Assembly: GCA_943704425.1 (NCBI GenBank)
Contig: CALSCP010001329.1
Coordinates: forward strand, 1 to 64,000
Source: Ministeria vibrans ATCC 50519
Taxonomy: Eukaryota > Protista > Filasterea
Direction of reading: 5' to 3'
DNA length: 64,000 nucleotides
Each line of letters starts with the position of its first letter. Position 1 is the first letter of the stretch. The position numbers were made by a program, and so were the translations under genes. Positions 25,455 to 39,100 of this stretch are shown here, in pieces. Below the pieces are notes generated by a model that was not told where the DNA came from, did no database searches, and saw nothing but the letters and a program-made list of their open reading frames with translations.

Positions 25455-27508
25455 ATGACTACCACTCCACCCCCTCTGGAAGACGACCTGTTGGAGATGC
25501 CGATGCCCGAGCTGGAAGATTTGGACAACCTGCTCGACGACGACAGCGTCAATCTCGACGGTGAAGTGTCCGCTGTGTTTACCGCCAGACCACCAAAAAA
25601 GTCCATCACCACCCCCGAGCTGTTTGTCACGCCTGACCTGCGTGCCACATCGACATTTTCAAGTGCGCGTGGTCGTGGAGGTCGCAGACTGACCCACCAG
25701 CGCTCACAATCCGATCCGGAGCCACCACAAACAACTCAGTCGCAACCGAACTTGCTCACAACCTCAACCAGCTCAAGCACACACCAAACCCTTCAACATT
25801 CCGCCTCGTCGCTGGCCCCTTCGTCATTGTCATCGTTACCCGGTCGATCAGCGTCGCCCGGCTCTCGTCTCTTCAAACGGCTGTCGTCCCTTTCGCCGTC
25901 GACGCGCAGGAAAGCTGCCGCTCCCGGAACACCCGCGGCGCTCGTTGAGAACATGCGGAGTGCGCAGGCACGCGAAGAGGTGGAGCAGGTAGGCGTTTTG
26001 GTGTACGGGAGAGGGGAGGGGTGGGTTGTGTAGAGAGTCGTCTTCCATCTGCTCTCTCAACGGCATTTGTTTAGGTGTGCGGTTCCTTACGTGTACTGGC
26101 ACGCAACGAAATCTCTCGAAAGCAAATAGTGTCGGCAGGTGGGATACGAGAGCTTAAGCGCGTCGTGCTCGACCGCACGTCGTCGGCACAGGCACGCGAG
26201 CACGCCGTTGCGACACTGGCGAATCTCGCGTACGACAAGAGCAATGCTGACGCCATTGCACCACTTCTGGTCAATTTTGTGTCGCTCCTTGCCAACAATT
26301 CGCCCGGTAACATCCAAGCGGCGGCGTCGGTTGCGGTGGGACTGCTGAGCCTACATAAACCCCATCTGCGCAAGGAGGCCGAACGATTAGGTGCCGTCGC
26401 AAGTCTAGTGGCCATTGTGCGCAAACCTCAGGCAGAGGGTGCCGAGCGTGCCAAGGCCGCGTATGCTCTTGCTCAAATGGCCAATGGCTCCAATATCATG
26501 AAGGTACGTACCCCAGCCAGCCAATGACTTTTAAAGACTCATCTATGCACACAACCAACAAAAAAGAAATCGGTGGGGGATTGGGATGGAATCAAGGCGC
26601 TGATTGGACTAGTGGGCGACGGCAGCACCGACGACGAGAAAGGGGCGGCCGTGGGGGCGCTGAGTGTGCTAATGCACAACAACAGCGCCAACCAGAGTAA
26701 GGCAGTTGACGCCGGGTGTGCACCTCTCATGGCCCTGCTTGTTATCGAGTCGCCGTCGCGCACCCTTCTGCATGCCGTCGAGATCATGGTCAACGTCACG
26801 GCCCAGCTCGACCGCACCAACGACTCCTCCGTCTACTGGCTCTCCCAGATCCGTGACCTCCAGGGCGGCGCCGCCCTTGCCGGTCTGCTTGCAGAGCCCT
26901 CGCTCCCACCCAATGTGCTTGACCGCGTTGTTATTGCGCTGACCAACTTGGCGCCCGAGTGCCCGGCCATTGTCGCGCGTGCCATTCCTGCCCTCGACAA
27001 TGTCTTGCGCACCGCCTCTCCCATTGCCCGTCGCTATGCCGCCGCCCTCCTCGCCAGCCTCGCCTGCGACGCCACTTACGTCGTCGACATTGGCGAGTAC
27101 GGCCTCATTGATCCCCTTGTGGCGCTTATGCGCGGCGACACTAGCGCCGCCACCGACGACGCCCGTGAGCAGGCCGTCGGCGCACTCTGGCGCCTCTCCG
27201 TGCACCCCGAGAATCAGGCTCAGATTGCCTCGCGCGGTGCTCTGGCCCTTGCCATCGACATGCTTGACCGCAAGGACCGCCCCCAAATGCAAGAGTGGGC
27301 GGCCGGTCTGCTCACGTCGCTCGCCGAGAACAACATTGACAATCAGGTGGCGCTCACTCTCCAGCCGGGCTTTCAGGACCGTCTCAACACACTTCTTTCC
27401 TCCCATGGCAAATCCACCGCCGCATTGCGCCGCCATGTCACCCGTCTTCTCCTTACCATGTCCCGTGAAGCAGACGAGGGTGATCGTCACGTCGACGATG
27501 ACGACTAA
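25455..27508 (+). CDS. Armadillo-repeat protein with disordered Ser/Pro-rich N-terminus
   Basis: Multiple ARM repeats (IVSAGGIRELK, AREHAVATLANLA, GLIDPLVALM..AVGALWRLS..NQAQIA). Confidence 0.85.
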
Positions 27509-27656
27509 CTTTATTTCGATTTTCAATAATAATTATTATTATTATCTCCAAATCAGTTAAAACTTAAATCATTTAAATTTTAATTGTTCTTCTTTATAAA
27601 CCTTTTAACCTTTACTGGAACTTGCGAAGCACCCGCTAGACTTGGCCTTCTGTCTG

Positions 27657-28004
27657 ATGGTAGCAATGTGCGAGAGGCGCCCTGCGCACCAAGCTGACCC
27701 TCGCCCCTCTCCAGTCTGCCGTTTTCAACTTCCAAGCACTCGTTGTGTGTCTGCTGCTCTTCATCTGCAGCATGGCGATGCTCAGAGCCAAATTCCCGTC
27801 GCTCATCGACAGGCAAAAGGGCGGTGCGCTGTCGTTTGCGTGGAAGGCGGCGCGCGTCGGTACCAGAGTGGACCAAGCGGTTTTTCCATTCACACTTCAC
27901 TCTCTCTTCCTGCTTCTTTTCCCACTTTGAATGTAGGCGAACGGCTCTCTCCGTGGGTCTCTTTAGCATGCGTTGCCTTTGCCCTTGTAGTTTTGTTTGA
28001 GTAA
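27657..28004 (+). CDS. TMEM167: Protein Kish (TMEM167), 3 exons
   Basis: ATG-only exon 1, introns 27660-27714 and 27860-27936; product MSAVFNFQALVVCLLLFICSMAMLRAKFPSLIDRQKGGALSFAWKAARVGERLSPWVSLACVAFALVVLFE. Confidence 0.92.
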   Translation: MVAMCERRPAHQADPRPSPVCRFQLPSTRCVSAALHLQHGDAQSQIPVAHRQAKGRCAVVCVEGGARRYQSGPSGFSIHTSLSLPASFPTLNVGERLSPWVSLACVAFALVVLFE

Positions 28005-28083
28005 ATGTCATTTGCACAGTGTATTGTATTTTTTTTTCTTCTTCTCTCTCTCTTTTCCGTCACTCTCTTTTCATATTTATTTT

Positions 28084-30642
28084 TTAAACTGAGTTGAGAC
28101 ACCTCGCTCGGAGCGGAGTGTCGGCAAAGAGTGCCTTAATAAGAGCGGTGATTTCGGTGGCGGAGAAGTCGAGGTCGCCACGTCCGCCGTCCCATCGCTC
28201 AATGAGGTCGGCGAGCCCCAGCTCAAGGAGCACTGCCGTCTGGTTGAGACGTCGCCACGAGGGAACGGCCTGAACGAGATCGACTGCATTTGCCGTGACA
28301 GTGTTGGTGGTGAACAGGGCGGGCACTTTGTCACGGAAGAGCGTCAGCAAATAGTGCAGCTGGTGAGTCTCTTCGACGGAAATGTCGGTGAGCGCAAGGA
28401 CATCGTTGCACAGGCGACGGGCACACACATCCACCAGACTCCCCAGTGACGCAGTGAACACGTCACGAGGCAACACCAGCGACCACAGGTTTCCCACTGA
28501 CACAAGCTGATGGAGCGCTTGCTTGACGGCACGCTCACATCGAGCCAGGCGCTCGGGCTCGTGTGTGTCGGCGAGCGAGTCGCACGTCGCCAGTGCTTCA
28601 AGCAGCTGGGTGCGTTGCCGTCGCATCTGCCCCAGGTAGCACTCCTCCCCGAGCTGTCGGAACACGGGAACCATGTCGACAAAGGTGGCGGTGGAGTCGA
28701 GGGGTGCGGGAAAGTGGGCGCGGAACTGATGTGCCAGGGTCAGCAGATGATGCGCAATGTAAAGGCAGTCGTTGTAAAAGAGCATCGCCAGCTGCGGAAC
28801 AGTCTCAAGCGACTGGTGGTGGTGCGTAGGCACACACGCACGAAACAAGTCAAACAGGTCGCGCACCGTATTGAAAAGCTGAACTGCACAGGCGGGTGTG
28901 GCCGTCGCCGCCTCGCCCATTGTCTCGTACGCCATGTCGACGACCGTCTGCGTGCGCTGCGTCACATGACACCGCGGCATCCGAAACATCCCATCGGCAA
29001 AGAACGATCCACTTTCGCCTAGAGCAGCGTCCTCACCCCCTCCACCCGCGCCCTTCTTCCCTCCACTACCACCACCTCCGTTGCCATGCTTGCGCGACGC
29101 CGTCGCCACCAAATCCGCCATGGCCTTCTGCTCGTGCTTGTCCAGTTTGCCCGTCGCCGCCGCGCGCAGCCCGCCACGCTCTGTCGCATCGCTCACCTCG
29201 ACCGTATTGTGGTCCTCGGCCATCATAAGTTGCCGCGCCGTCACCAGCACCTGCTGCCGCTTCTTGTTGCCAAAGTGCACGTTAACATTGCGCGCATACG
29301 TCGACAGCGTTGTGTCCCCGCTGGGCGCCAGTCGCGTATCCTGCTGGTGTCGTTGCTCAAAGGCAACCGCCCCAGCCGCGGTCGGCCCGTAGGCGTCCAG
29401 TCCGCCCGCCGTCTCCGGCACACGCACCGCCAGAAACCCTTCTACGACCAGTGCCGTCAGGTCGCCCCACAGTAGTTCACCCAGCATCCCCGCGCGCTCT
29501 CCAACCAGACACTCCTGCATCATCGCCAGAACGGTATTGAGCTCGCCAAACACATCGACAGCGCGACTGTTGCTGTTGCTGAGCGCTGCCTTGGTGGCAT
29601 CCTCGAGACGCAACGTCACCGTCTGATTCGCTGTGCGCACCACTGCAACCAGTGTGCCCGCCGCCTCAGGCTCCTCCTCCTCCTTCCCACTATTCGCGCA
29701 AGCAGCAGGTCGTGCGTGTGCAACCAGAGGCTGAAACACCCGTCGCATCGCCGTCTTGACAAATGCCTGCAGCTTGGGCTCGAGTGCCCCAAGCGTGTCA
29801 AGAGCCCCGACCACTTGTGCCAGCGGAACTGAGCCACTCGGGCTGGTCGACGTAATACTCAAAATGGCACCATCGCTCTCGTTCGTCTCGCTCCACACCA
29901 CCGCCGAGCTCCACTGACGCGTCAAAATGGCCGAAAGCTGGTTGCGACGGCGTCGCACTTCACGTCGCAACATGTTGAATATGTTTGGATCGGTGCCGGC
30001 TGGCGCTACGGCACACGCCTCAGCAACACTTCCGCCAACAGAGTTCTCGTCGGTGGTGCCCTTGGCCGTTGTGGTCGATGACGATGTTGTTGAGGATGAC
30101 GGAGTGGGCGCAATCGCGTCGAGACACTCTTTCATCTGCTGCGCCGCCTGCGCTGCGCCCTCGTAGTCGCCCGCATCGATCTTGGGCTGGAACGACAAAA
30201 GCCCCTGGTGAATGTCGCAAATGTGGCGCAGCACGTCAATGGAGGATGTGGTCGTCTTGAGCTGTGCATGGAGAGTCGCCGCCTCGTCCGTGCTCGTCTG
30301 CAACCGTTCGCGCAGTCCTGTGTCGCGTACTGACTGACACACTTGAGCGCACTCGCGTGCCAACGACTCTACCTCGCCCTTGAGGTCCAATGTAAACTCG
30401 TACGCCTGCAGAAACTCCTGGTGGTTCCGTTGAACCGTCGAAAAGATTGTGCCCTACAGTTTTTGAAAAATTAGTATGGAATTTTGGGTTCGCTGTCGTA
30501 GACACACAGCGATTGTATCAGGTAACGGTCGACAGGAACACACGCACGACACATTGCCAGCGTCACATACCTTGACTTCAGCCAGCTTCTTGCTCAGCTG
30601 CGTCGTTGCTTCGCCGACATCCTGAGAGATTTCCAATGCCAT
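28084..30642 (-). CDS. ZW10: Centromere/kinetochore protein ZW10 (RZZ/NRZ)
   Basis: AMLFYNDCLYIAHHLLTL, TFVDMVPVFRQLG, LADLIERWDGG..FSATEITALIKALFADT. Confidence 0.92.
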
Positions 30643-30829
30643 TGTTTTGAAACAACAAGAGAAAAAAAAAAGACACGATTGCGAAGGGAAGAGACGGGAG
30701 AAAAGAAGAAAGTATAGTGATCGTTCAAAAGGCGCACGAAAGAAGTAAAATCAATATTCAATAAAAAATAATTCCAATAATAGTATTAGTTTTTCAAATT
30801 TTTCAAAAATTATTCAGTATTCTTGCCAA

Positions 30830-31482
30830 ATGACATCCCCATCCGAACAGGTTGCAAGTGCCCTTGGCTCGTTTGTGGACTCGAGTTCACAAGAACCCCA
30901 GGTATGGATGGATGCATGCGTGTGACAGAGAGTGTACCGGTCTTGCTTTGTGTCTTGTTCACGCAACTGTCACAATGAAAAATTCAAAAATTCAGCGTCT
31001 CACCTCGCCGCTCTCGTACGCTTAGTGGGTCACAAACGCATGGGAAAACAACTTTTGTGACTCGATTGTGTCTAATGAAGTGCCGGCGACACTCTCCGAG
31101 GTACTAGACGAGTGTGCGTTCCACAAGTTTCATCACTCGCTTTTTTTTTTTGAATTTTATCTTCCATTGTTTAGAATCCTGGCGCCATTTCACGCGCCCT
31201 CGACACAGCCACAGTCAACATTGTCAAAGTTAAAACGCACTCTGAGACTGACGATGCTGGTGCCAGTCCAGGTAAGGCACATTTTCCAAAAACCTATTAT
31301 TGTTGTGAGTTTTCTCTCAACCGCTCTCTCTCTCTCTCTCTTTCTGTCACTTTGTTTCTTTCTCATTCACTCTCTCTCACTCTCTCTCTCTTTCACTCTC
31401 TCTCACACTCACTCTCTCACTCTCTATCACTTTGTTCACTCTCTCTCTATCACTTTGTTTACTCTCTCTCTATTACTTTGTT

Positions 31483-31572
<90 letters not shown>

Positions 31573-34500
31573 CTTCCGCTCAGGCGTTTGGGGTGCGCTG
31601 ACGAGCTACGGCATTTGCCCGCGCTCGCTTGTGGCCCACCTCTTCTTCTCCATGACGAGCGGCACCGTGACAGCAGGGCGACGCTCCGCCACCGTCTACA
31701 TGCATCTCTTGGGGATGCCAGGGGCCGCCTCCTTTGGCCTGTTCCATCCCATGGTTTTCCGCGCCGCCGTCAATCTTCTCGACGGGTTTCCTGCCCCACA
31801 GTTGTTGACCGACAGTGGTGCGGCCAGTCGCAAGCGCAAAACCCCCTTGATTGCGTCCGGCAGTACATCCTCCTCTGCCACCACGAGCACACGTCGCAGC
31901 AAGCGCAGCAAGACCAGTACCACAAGCACCGCGGACGACAACGAAGACGACAACAACGAGGACAAGCAGGATCATGATGATCCAATGGAGATGGACGACG
32001 AAGGCAGCCAGGAGCAAACAACTGCTTCTGGTAGCACCAAGACGAGCCGCGCCGTTGCCATGGAGCTGCTTCAGTCGCTGACGAGCGTTCTTCAGGCACA
32101 CACGCCGCATGTGTGCGACGAAAGCAGCGTTCACGCAGCTACTATGCTTGTCAAGATTGTCCGCCAGTGTGCTGCGGAGAAGAGTCCCGAAGCGGTCACA
32201 GTGGCGCACCATGGTCTTGCGGCCGTCTGTGCCAATGTAACTCTTGTGGCGCGTGTTCTGCGCTCTCTTCTGCCTAACATTCTCATGACCAACAGTGGTC
32301 CGCTTGCCACGGGTGCCATTGTGCGTCCCGTGTCGCTTGCCGCAGAGCTCTCCATGGCATTTGTCTGCGAGAACATTGTTCCGTCTCATGACGAAACAGT
32401 CGCGCACGCACTTCACGTGTTCCTTCAGCACGCCTGTGTCAAGGTTCCCGACCGTGCCGAGTACCGCACACGCGTCGCCTCGATGCTTGCACCCGCCCTT
32501 CTTGCTCTCGACGAGCCCCGTCGCATTCTCATGATGAATTGGCTCGCCAAGTTTGCCAAAAACGTCAAGGTGGCCTTCCGTCTCTTCTCCCTCGCCCTGT
32601 GCGAGGCACTCTTCATTGAGGCAAACAGCATCAACGAGCCGCTTCTCGAGGTGATCATTGCACGTGCCTCCGACAAGAGCCCCGCCGTGCGCACCAAGGC
32701 GCTGTCGGTGCTTGCCACCCTCGCGCGCATTCCGTCCGTCGTCGACTCTCTCCCCTCTGCCCGTCTTGCCACACTCGCTCTGAAGCGTCTCTCTGATGAC
32801 AAGTCGGTTGTGCGCAAAGCGACCCTGACGGCGCTCGAGGCAGGCATCACGACCGCCATTGACGAGACCCTTTTGCGTGCAATTGGCGTGCGGTGTACCG
32901 ACACGGCCGTGAGCGTACGCAAAGAGGCTGCTCTCACCATGACTGCGCTGCTCTTGCGTCTCGAGTCGCACTCATCATTGGACGTGCGCCACGTTTGGCT
33001 TGACTCTGTCCTGCCCATGGCCATGGATGCCGAAGCTTCCGTCCAAGAACGCTCTTTTGCTCAAGTGCTCTCCATTTTGGTAGTGCCTCTGCAGTCCGAC
33101 CAGACACAGCCTGAGGCTGAGGCACGTCGCACCTTGGCCATCGCACTGCTAGATATGGCGGTGAGCGACGGTCGTGACATGACTCGTTTTCTACAGCGTG
33201 CCTGCCATTACAGCATGACAAACAGTGAGTATGCGCTCTCGGCGACAGTCGCGTTCTTTTTGCTGTGCCACGTCGATTCGCATCCTGACGCTCCCGGTGC
33301 CTGGGCGCTCCTCGCCGAGATGTCCTTGCGCGTGCCCGAGCATGTTCCTGCCGAGCGCATTGTGCGTGCAATGCAACAGCAACATCGCGAACAGAGCGCA
33401 GCCGTGTCCGACCGATGCGTGCCAAACTTGCTGCGCACTTTGGGAGGTGTTGCGTCGAGCCTCGAGGCGCCTCATGTGGATGCGCTGGCGGAGCTTCTGT
33501 TGACACGTCTGCGCACCTTTGATGCCGAGCCCGTGCTCATCTCGACCATCATGAACACACTGGTGCGTCTGTGGTGCAAACTCGAGCAGGCCGACGAAAA
33601 GTTGCGCGACGTCTGTTCGTCGCTACTTGTGCTGTGCGACGAGCGTCTTGCCGAAACCTTCTACTCGGGTGCGGTGCGCGACGGCTGTGCCATTGATGAA
33701 TCCTCCACGCCGCGCTTTCTCTTCACCGTGGGCGAGGCGTGTCTGTACAGCCGTGCGCCAGTGCCCAAGCGCCTTGACATGGTCTTACAAACGCTCATCC
33801 AGCCGTCGGTGTGTGCCTCAACGACGGACGCTGCGCCCGTGGCGGTCCCGGCTATTGTGCGTGCTCATGCCTTTGTTGCCCTCGGCAAGCTGTGTCTGCA
33901 GAGTGAGGACATGGCCAAGCGATGCATTGCAGCCATGTCGCGTGAACTCGAAACGTGCACCGACCCCATCATCCGAAACAATGTCATTGTTGTCATGTGT
34001 GACCTCTGCGTGCGCTACACCTCCCTCGTTGATCGTTATGTGCCCGTTATTTCATCATGTTTGCGTGACGAGTCGCCGCTGGTGCGTCGCCAGACGCTCA
34101 CGCTACTCACACGTCTCATCCAAGAGGATTACATGAAGTGGAAAGGATCGCTCTTCTTTCGATTTGCTGCGGCACTCGTCGACTCGGACGTTGAGCTGCG
34201 ACGCTACGCGCAGTTTTGTCTGCTCCACTTGCTCGCGAGCAAACAGGCAGGTCTTGTGGCCAGTCATCTTGTCGAGGCGGTCTTTCACTTCTCTGGCTAC
34301 CGCGCACACCCCACATACAACCAGTTTAGCGTGTCGGCCCGCGAGACGGCTCTCTTTGACATGAGCACCGACGCCGGCGCCGCTCAACGCAAGAGCCTCT
34401 ACGCAATTTTGCTGAACACGTTGCCCGACGAGCAGAAGTTCAATGTGACCACCAAGTTGTGTGCCGACGTGCTGGGCGGCTGTGTCGACGGCGGCATTGA

Positions 34501-35705
34501 CGTGTGCAGTGACGCAGGCCACACACTTGTCACCGACACTCTCGAGCTGCTGGTGTCGCAGGAGGCCAAGCTCAGCGTGGCCACAGCCAAATCGCTTTCA
34601 TCGTCGTCGACAACAGCCGATGACGATGCGGCGGACATGATGGCGGAGGCAGCGGGCGAGGCGGGCGGCACTGGTGGTGTTATGCAGTCGGCCAAGTCAC
34701 GACTGTTGGCACAGATCATCAAGAAGAACGTGTCGGAGAACATTTTGCCGACTGTGATCGCGCTCAAGCATCAGCTCGAGGCGGCACATTCACCTCTTGT
34801 GCGCAACGTGATGATTTTCATCCGCGAGATCATGTCCGACTACCGACGCGAAGTGGACGAGATGCTGAGCGGCAACAAGCAACTTGCTGCCGAAATTGCC
34901 TTTGACTTGCGACGTTTTGAGGAGGAGCAGCGGGCCGTTGAGTCGCCCATGCCGACGACGCTGTGCAACGTGTCGGCCGTGCAAGACCTCCATGCGTCAC
35001 CCGTGCTCTCGCCGGGCACCATGCCCACCCCCAAGCAACCGCCCGCCTCGGCCGGTCGTCGTCTTGCCACCCCTGCACGTCTCAAGTCACCCGCCACGCC
35101 TCGCTCGGCGTCGACGCCCGCCGAGCGTCTTTCCATCCGCCGAATGGCACGACTCTCACTCGACCAATCAGCATCGGGTGCGTCGCCTCGTACACCTCGC
35201 TCGGCAGTTCCCTCACGTCTCCAAAACGCGGACCGCGTTCAAACGCCATCACGCGTTGCCCGTGCTCTTCTCGACGATGACAATGATGATGATGGCGATG
35301 ACGACCTGAACAGCAACGACTGTGCCATGAACACGGCATCGAGCGAGAACACCATGGAGCTGGATAACGCGTTGGCAACGCCCGTGCGTGTACGTCATAG
35401 CTCGGCTAGTGGACGACCTCTTCTGCTCATGGAAAGTCCGTTGGCCACTCGCTCGCCCGCCATGCGCAAGTGGAACGTCGAGTCGCCTGTGCGTCCTACC
35501 CGTGCACCCATCAGCGAAACGACCGGCACTGCCGAAGAGGAAGATGAAGAAATGGTCGCCGGCACAGCCAAACGTCGCTCCACTCGACAGAGCTTGGTAA
35601 GAAAAAAGCTCCCTTGTTGCAAAGACGAAACTAATTGTGTTGTTTTATTTGTAGGGATCTCCTTCGGTGTCAAAGGTTGTGACGCGACGACGTGTGCATT
35701 TGTGA
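30830..35705 (+). CDS. NCAPD3: Condensin II subunit CAP-D3
   Basis: HEAT repeats; RAHAFVALGKLCL..IRNNVIVVMCDLCVRYTSLVDRY..LIQEDYMKWKGSLFFRF; S/TP-rich tail. Confidence 0.93.
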
Positions 35706-36185
35706 TTTCTTTTCTCCCCAAGATCAAAAATGAAATTTGAAAATTGACCAATGAATATCGTTTGTATTCACTGCCCCCGACCCAACTAATCTGAACCCTC
35801 GGCATTATTATACATGGATCGGGGAGCTTTTTTGCTCCTAGTTGTAGATTTCACGAGTTATTGACGGGTTAAATTTGATGTTTGTTTTCACACCATTTTC
35901 AAGGTTACTTGCGGTGTCATCTTCTAAAGTATCTAAACCAATTAGCTAAACTCCAACTGGGGCAAGTGAGTACATATTGTAGGATGTAACTGACACGCAA
36001 CCGATGAAGCGATTAACTCCAAAGTCCAAGCAAACTGAACTGAAACAAACATATTCATTTTTCACCACATATTCACACACACAGTCACACACACAACTTT
36101 TTTTTTTTGTAGCGCTGAGTTTCAGTGCGACTCTTGGTACGCAACATTGTACTCCGTGACACGTTGGTCCATCGTGTGTCACCCG

Positions 36186-39100
36186 ATGTCGTGCGCCACC
36201 GAGATGTTTCCACAGACCAAAATGGTGTTGGACGACTTTGTAAAGGAACTCTCGTGCTTTCTCTGGTACGTACACTTGCTCTCCGCCTTTGCTGTCTTCT
36301 GTGAGTGTGATTTTTGATGATGTGGTGTGCTTGTGTGAAAACTTGTGCCTTCAGAATCAGAAGCGAAAAACGGGCGCGAAACGAGTTTCTAACGGCGTCT
36401 CAATCTTTGTAGCCGCGAGATTATGGTGGATCCCGCTGTAGTCCAGGGTTGCAGCCATACGTTTTGCAGGTACTGGCTGCTTGGGAAAGACGCTTGAGCG
36501 TCAGACAATCCAGCACCAACTCCAAAAAAAAAACGTTTGTGTAGAAAATGTCTTGACGATCACATTGAGAAACACAGCTGTTGTCCCAAGGTATAGAGTG
36601 GCGGAGCGCTGTGCCTCTCGTACATGTCTGGAATAGACACATGATGACATTTTTTCGTTTTATTTTTCTGGTGCAGTGCCAAGTGCCGTGTTGGGCGCGC
36701 GATGTGAGTGCCAACCACCAGTTTCAGACATTTGTGCAGAGTGTACGCAAGATTACTGCTGCTGTGCACGAGGGCACCCAGGCACACCTTTTGCGTCAAC
36801 TTAGTCGTGGTGTCAGTCGTCTGTCGAACGGGAGTCGTGCGACGAGTCTTGTTTGGCGTGCGCCTCTTGTCGAAGACAATGAGAGGGAAGATGCGGCAGG
36901 GAAGGAACAGGAAAAGAAGGACGGCGAACTGGAAGATGTGGCAGGGAAGGATCAGGAAAAGAAGGACGACGAAGAAGAACTAGAAGAGCAAAAGAAGGGC
37001 GATGACGCAGCTGTGGCGTCCGTGAGCGTGTCCGGCGTTGAGAAGCCAAACAGTCAGTGTGAACCGCCACGAGCAGGCGTTGACACGACCATGTCATTTG
37101 AGCAGCTTTTTATGCGCGATTCGTCAGCATCTCTTGTGCGAGGACACACCCATGGGCACCAGGAACATGGTGTCGATGCCGGCGCTGAGGAGGAGGAGGA
37201 GGAGGAGGAGGAGGAGGAGGAGGAGGAGGAGGATGAAGTTGACTGCTCTCCTCCGCTTGTCGTTGTTCCCAAACATCGACGAGCAAAGCCCGTATCATCT
37301 ACAACAACAACAATAGCAGCAGAATTAATAGCAGCAGCAACAACAACAACACCAGCAGCAGCAGCAGCAGCAGCAGCGACTTCCACAGTCTCGACGAGAA
37401 GGCGAGGGGTTGTTGCCAAGGATTCGCCCGCCATTCCTCCCAGTCCAGATCTCGACGAAGAGTACTCCTCACCTCTCGTGCTCTTGCGACCCACCACACG
37501 CCCATCCAAGAAGGCGGACACCATCAACACAACCACGAAAGCATCCACCACCACCGCGACCAACAGCGACAACAACGCCGACAACGACAACGACAACAAC
37601 GCCGACAACGACAACGACAACGACAACGACGCTGTTAACAAAGTGGCCAGTGGAAAGCGTGCAGTTATCGACGCGTCCTTGTGCACGCCGTCGCCGGCGG
37701 CCGATCTCAGCTACGTGCCTGAAACGCTTTTTCCTTTTTCGGGCGCCACGAACGATCTCACGCCCGTGCCGGGTCAGCGCGTTCCGTCGCCAGTGCGCAC
37801 CACGTCCAAAGAGAGTACAGACCCCAACGTGAGTGGCGACGACGTTGTGACATCGTCGTCACGCCGAAAAGCACCTACCAAGCGTGGTCGTGCTGTCACA
37901 CGCGACAAGTCTTTTGGCCGCTCACAGTCGTCGCTGCTTGCCATTGGATTGCCATCAGCTGACAGTAGTAGCAGTGCCCGTACTACCAGTAGCGGTATGA
38001 ACATTGACGCAGTGCCAGCATCACTGCCCAAAGTGGGCGAGTGGTGTTGCAGTATGTGCACACTACACAACGCGGATCGTCGTGCCAAGTGCGAGGCGTG
38101 CGGTGCTGGTCGACCACGACCCACGTCTACGCGTGCTCTTGCCCCTGCGCGCGCTGCCGAAACAATTCGCATGCGTCAATTTGTGGCACTTGCGACGCCC
38201 ACGCGCGTCCGTCGTGCACATCGCAACGCCGTTGGCGAAACGCCCCTCCACATTGCCGCGAAAACAGGCGACATTGATGAAGTTCGTCGCCTGTTGGAGG
38301 AGGGTGCGGACGTGCGTGCGACCGACAATGCGGGCTGGAGCTCGCTGCACGAGGCGTGCTTCAACGACCAGATTGAAGTGATCCCCTGGCTGCTCGCCTA
38401 TGGCGCTGACATCAACGCAGTGGGCACAGCCAATCGTATGTCGCCCCTCCACGAGGCTTGCGATCGCGCTCTCGTCGACGTTGTGCGCCTGCTTTTGCAA
38501 CACGGCGCGGACTCGACATTGGTCAACAGCTCGAACGAGACGTGCCTGTCCCTTGCCGGAGACAACACAGAAATCACCTGCATGCTACGCAACGGTGCAT
38601 CTGCACTTGCCGCACCTCCACCACTTCCCAAGGTCACAGCTCCTACCGTCGCGTGTGCATCAGACCCCACTGTTCCCGTCGCCTGTGCTTCGCCGCCCAT
38701 TGTCAACTCGACACCATCACCACCCTCTCGTTTGGCAGACAAAGAAGTGTCTCCCGAGTCTCCCAAGAGTCCACCTGGTACGCGCCGTCGTCGTAGTGCA
38801 GCTGTCGTGGCGAGGACTAAAAGAACAGCGGCAGCAGTGACAACCACGCCGGGTACGGGACACAAGACAGTTGCTGCTGGTACTCCATCAACAGTGAGAC
38901 CTGTGCGCACTCGCGGACGCCGCGCAAGCTCGTCGGTGGATACGGACAGGGGCACACCTGTCAAGCGGAAGTTAGAGCCACTGAGTAGTTCTGACGATCA
39001 CCAGCATCAAAACGAGGGTGGTGCGACCGGAGACGTGGAAGAAGTTCCGAAACGTTCGCCGGTTCGTGCAAAACGTGCTAGAGTCACTCCATCGAAAGTG

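Noticed and set aside
27580-28017. Minus-strand 145-aa ORF
   Set aside because: The region is explained by the spliced Kish gene on +.
31580-32971. Long antisense ORFs (463 aa here; also 26669-27526 and 9851-10537)
   Set aside because: Shadows of GC-rich coding sequence on the opposite strand, with no motifs.
37186-37630. Poly-E, poly-A/T and (DN)n tracts in BARD1
   Set aside because: Ordinary coding microsatellite expansions, seen in several proteins here (ADRM1, eIF2Bg).
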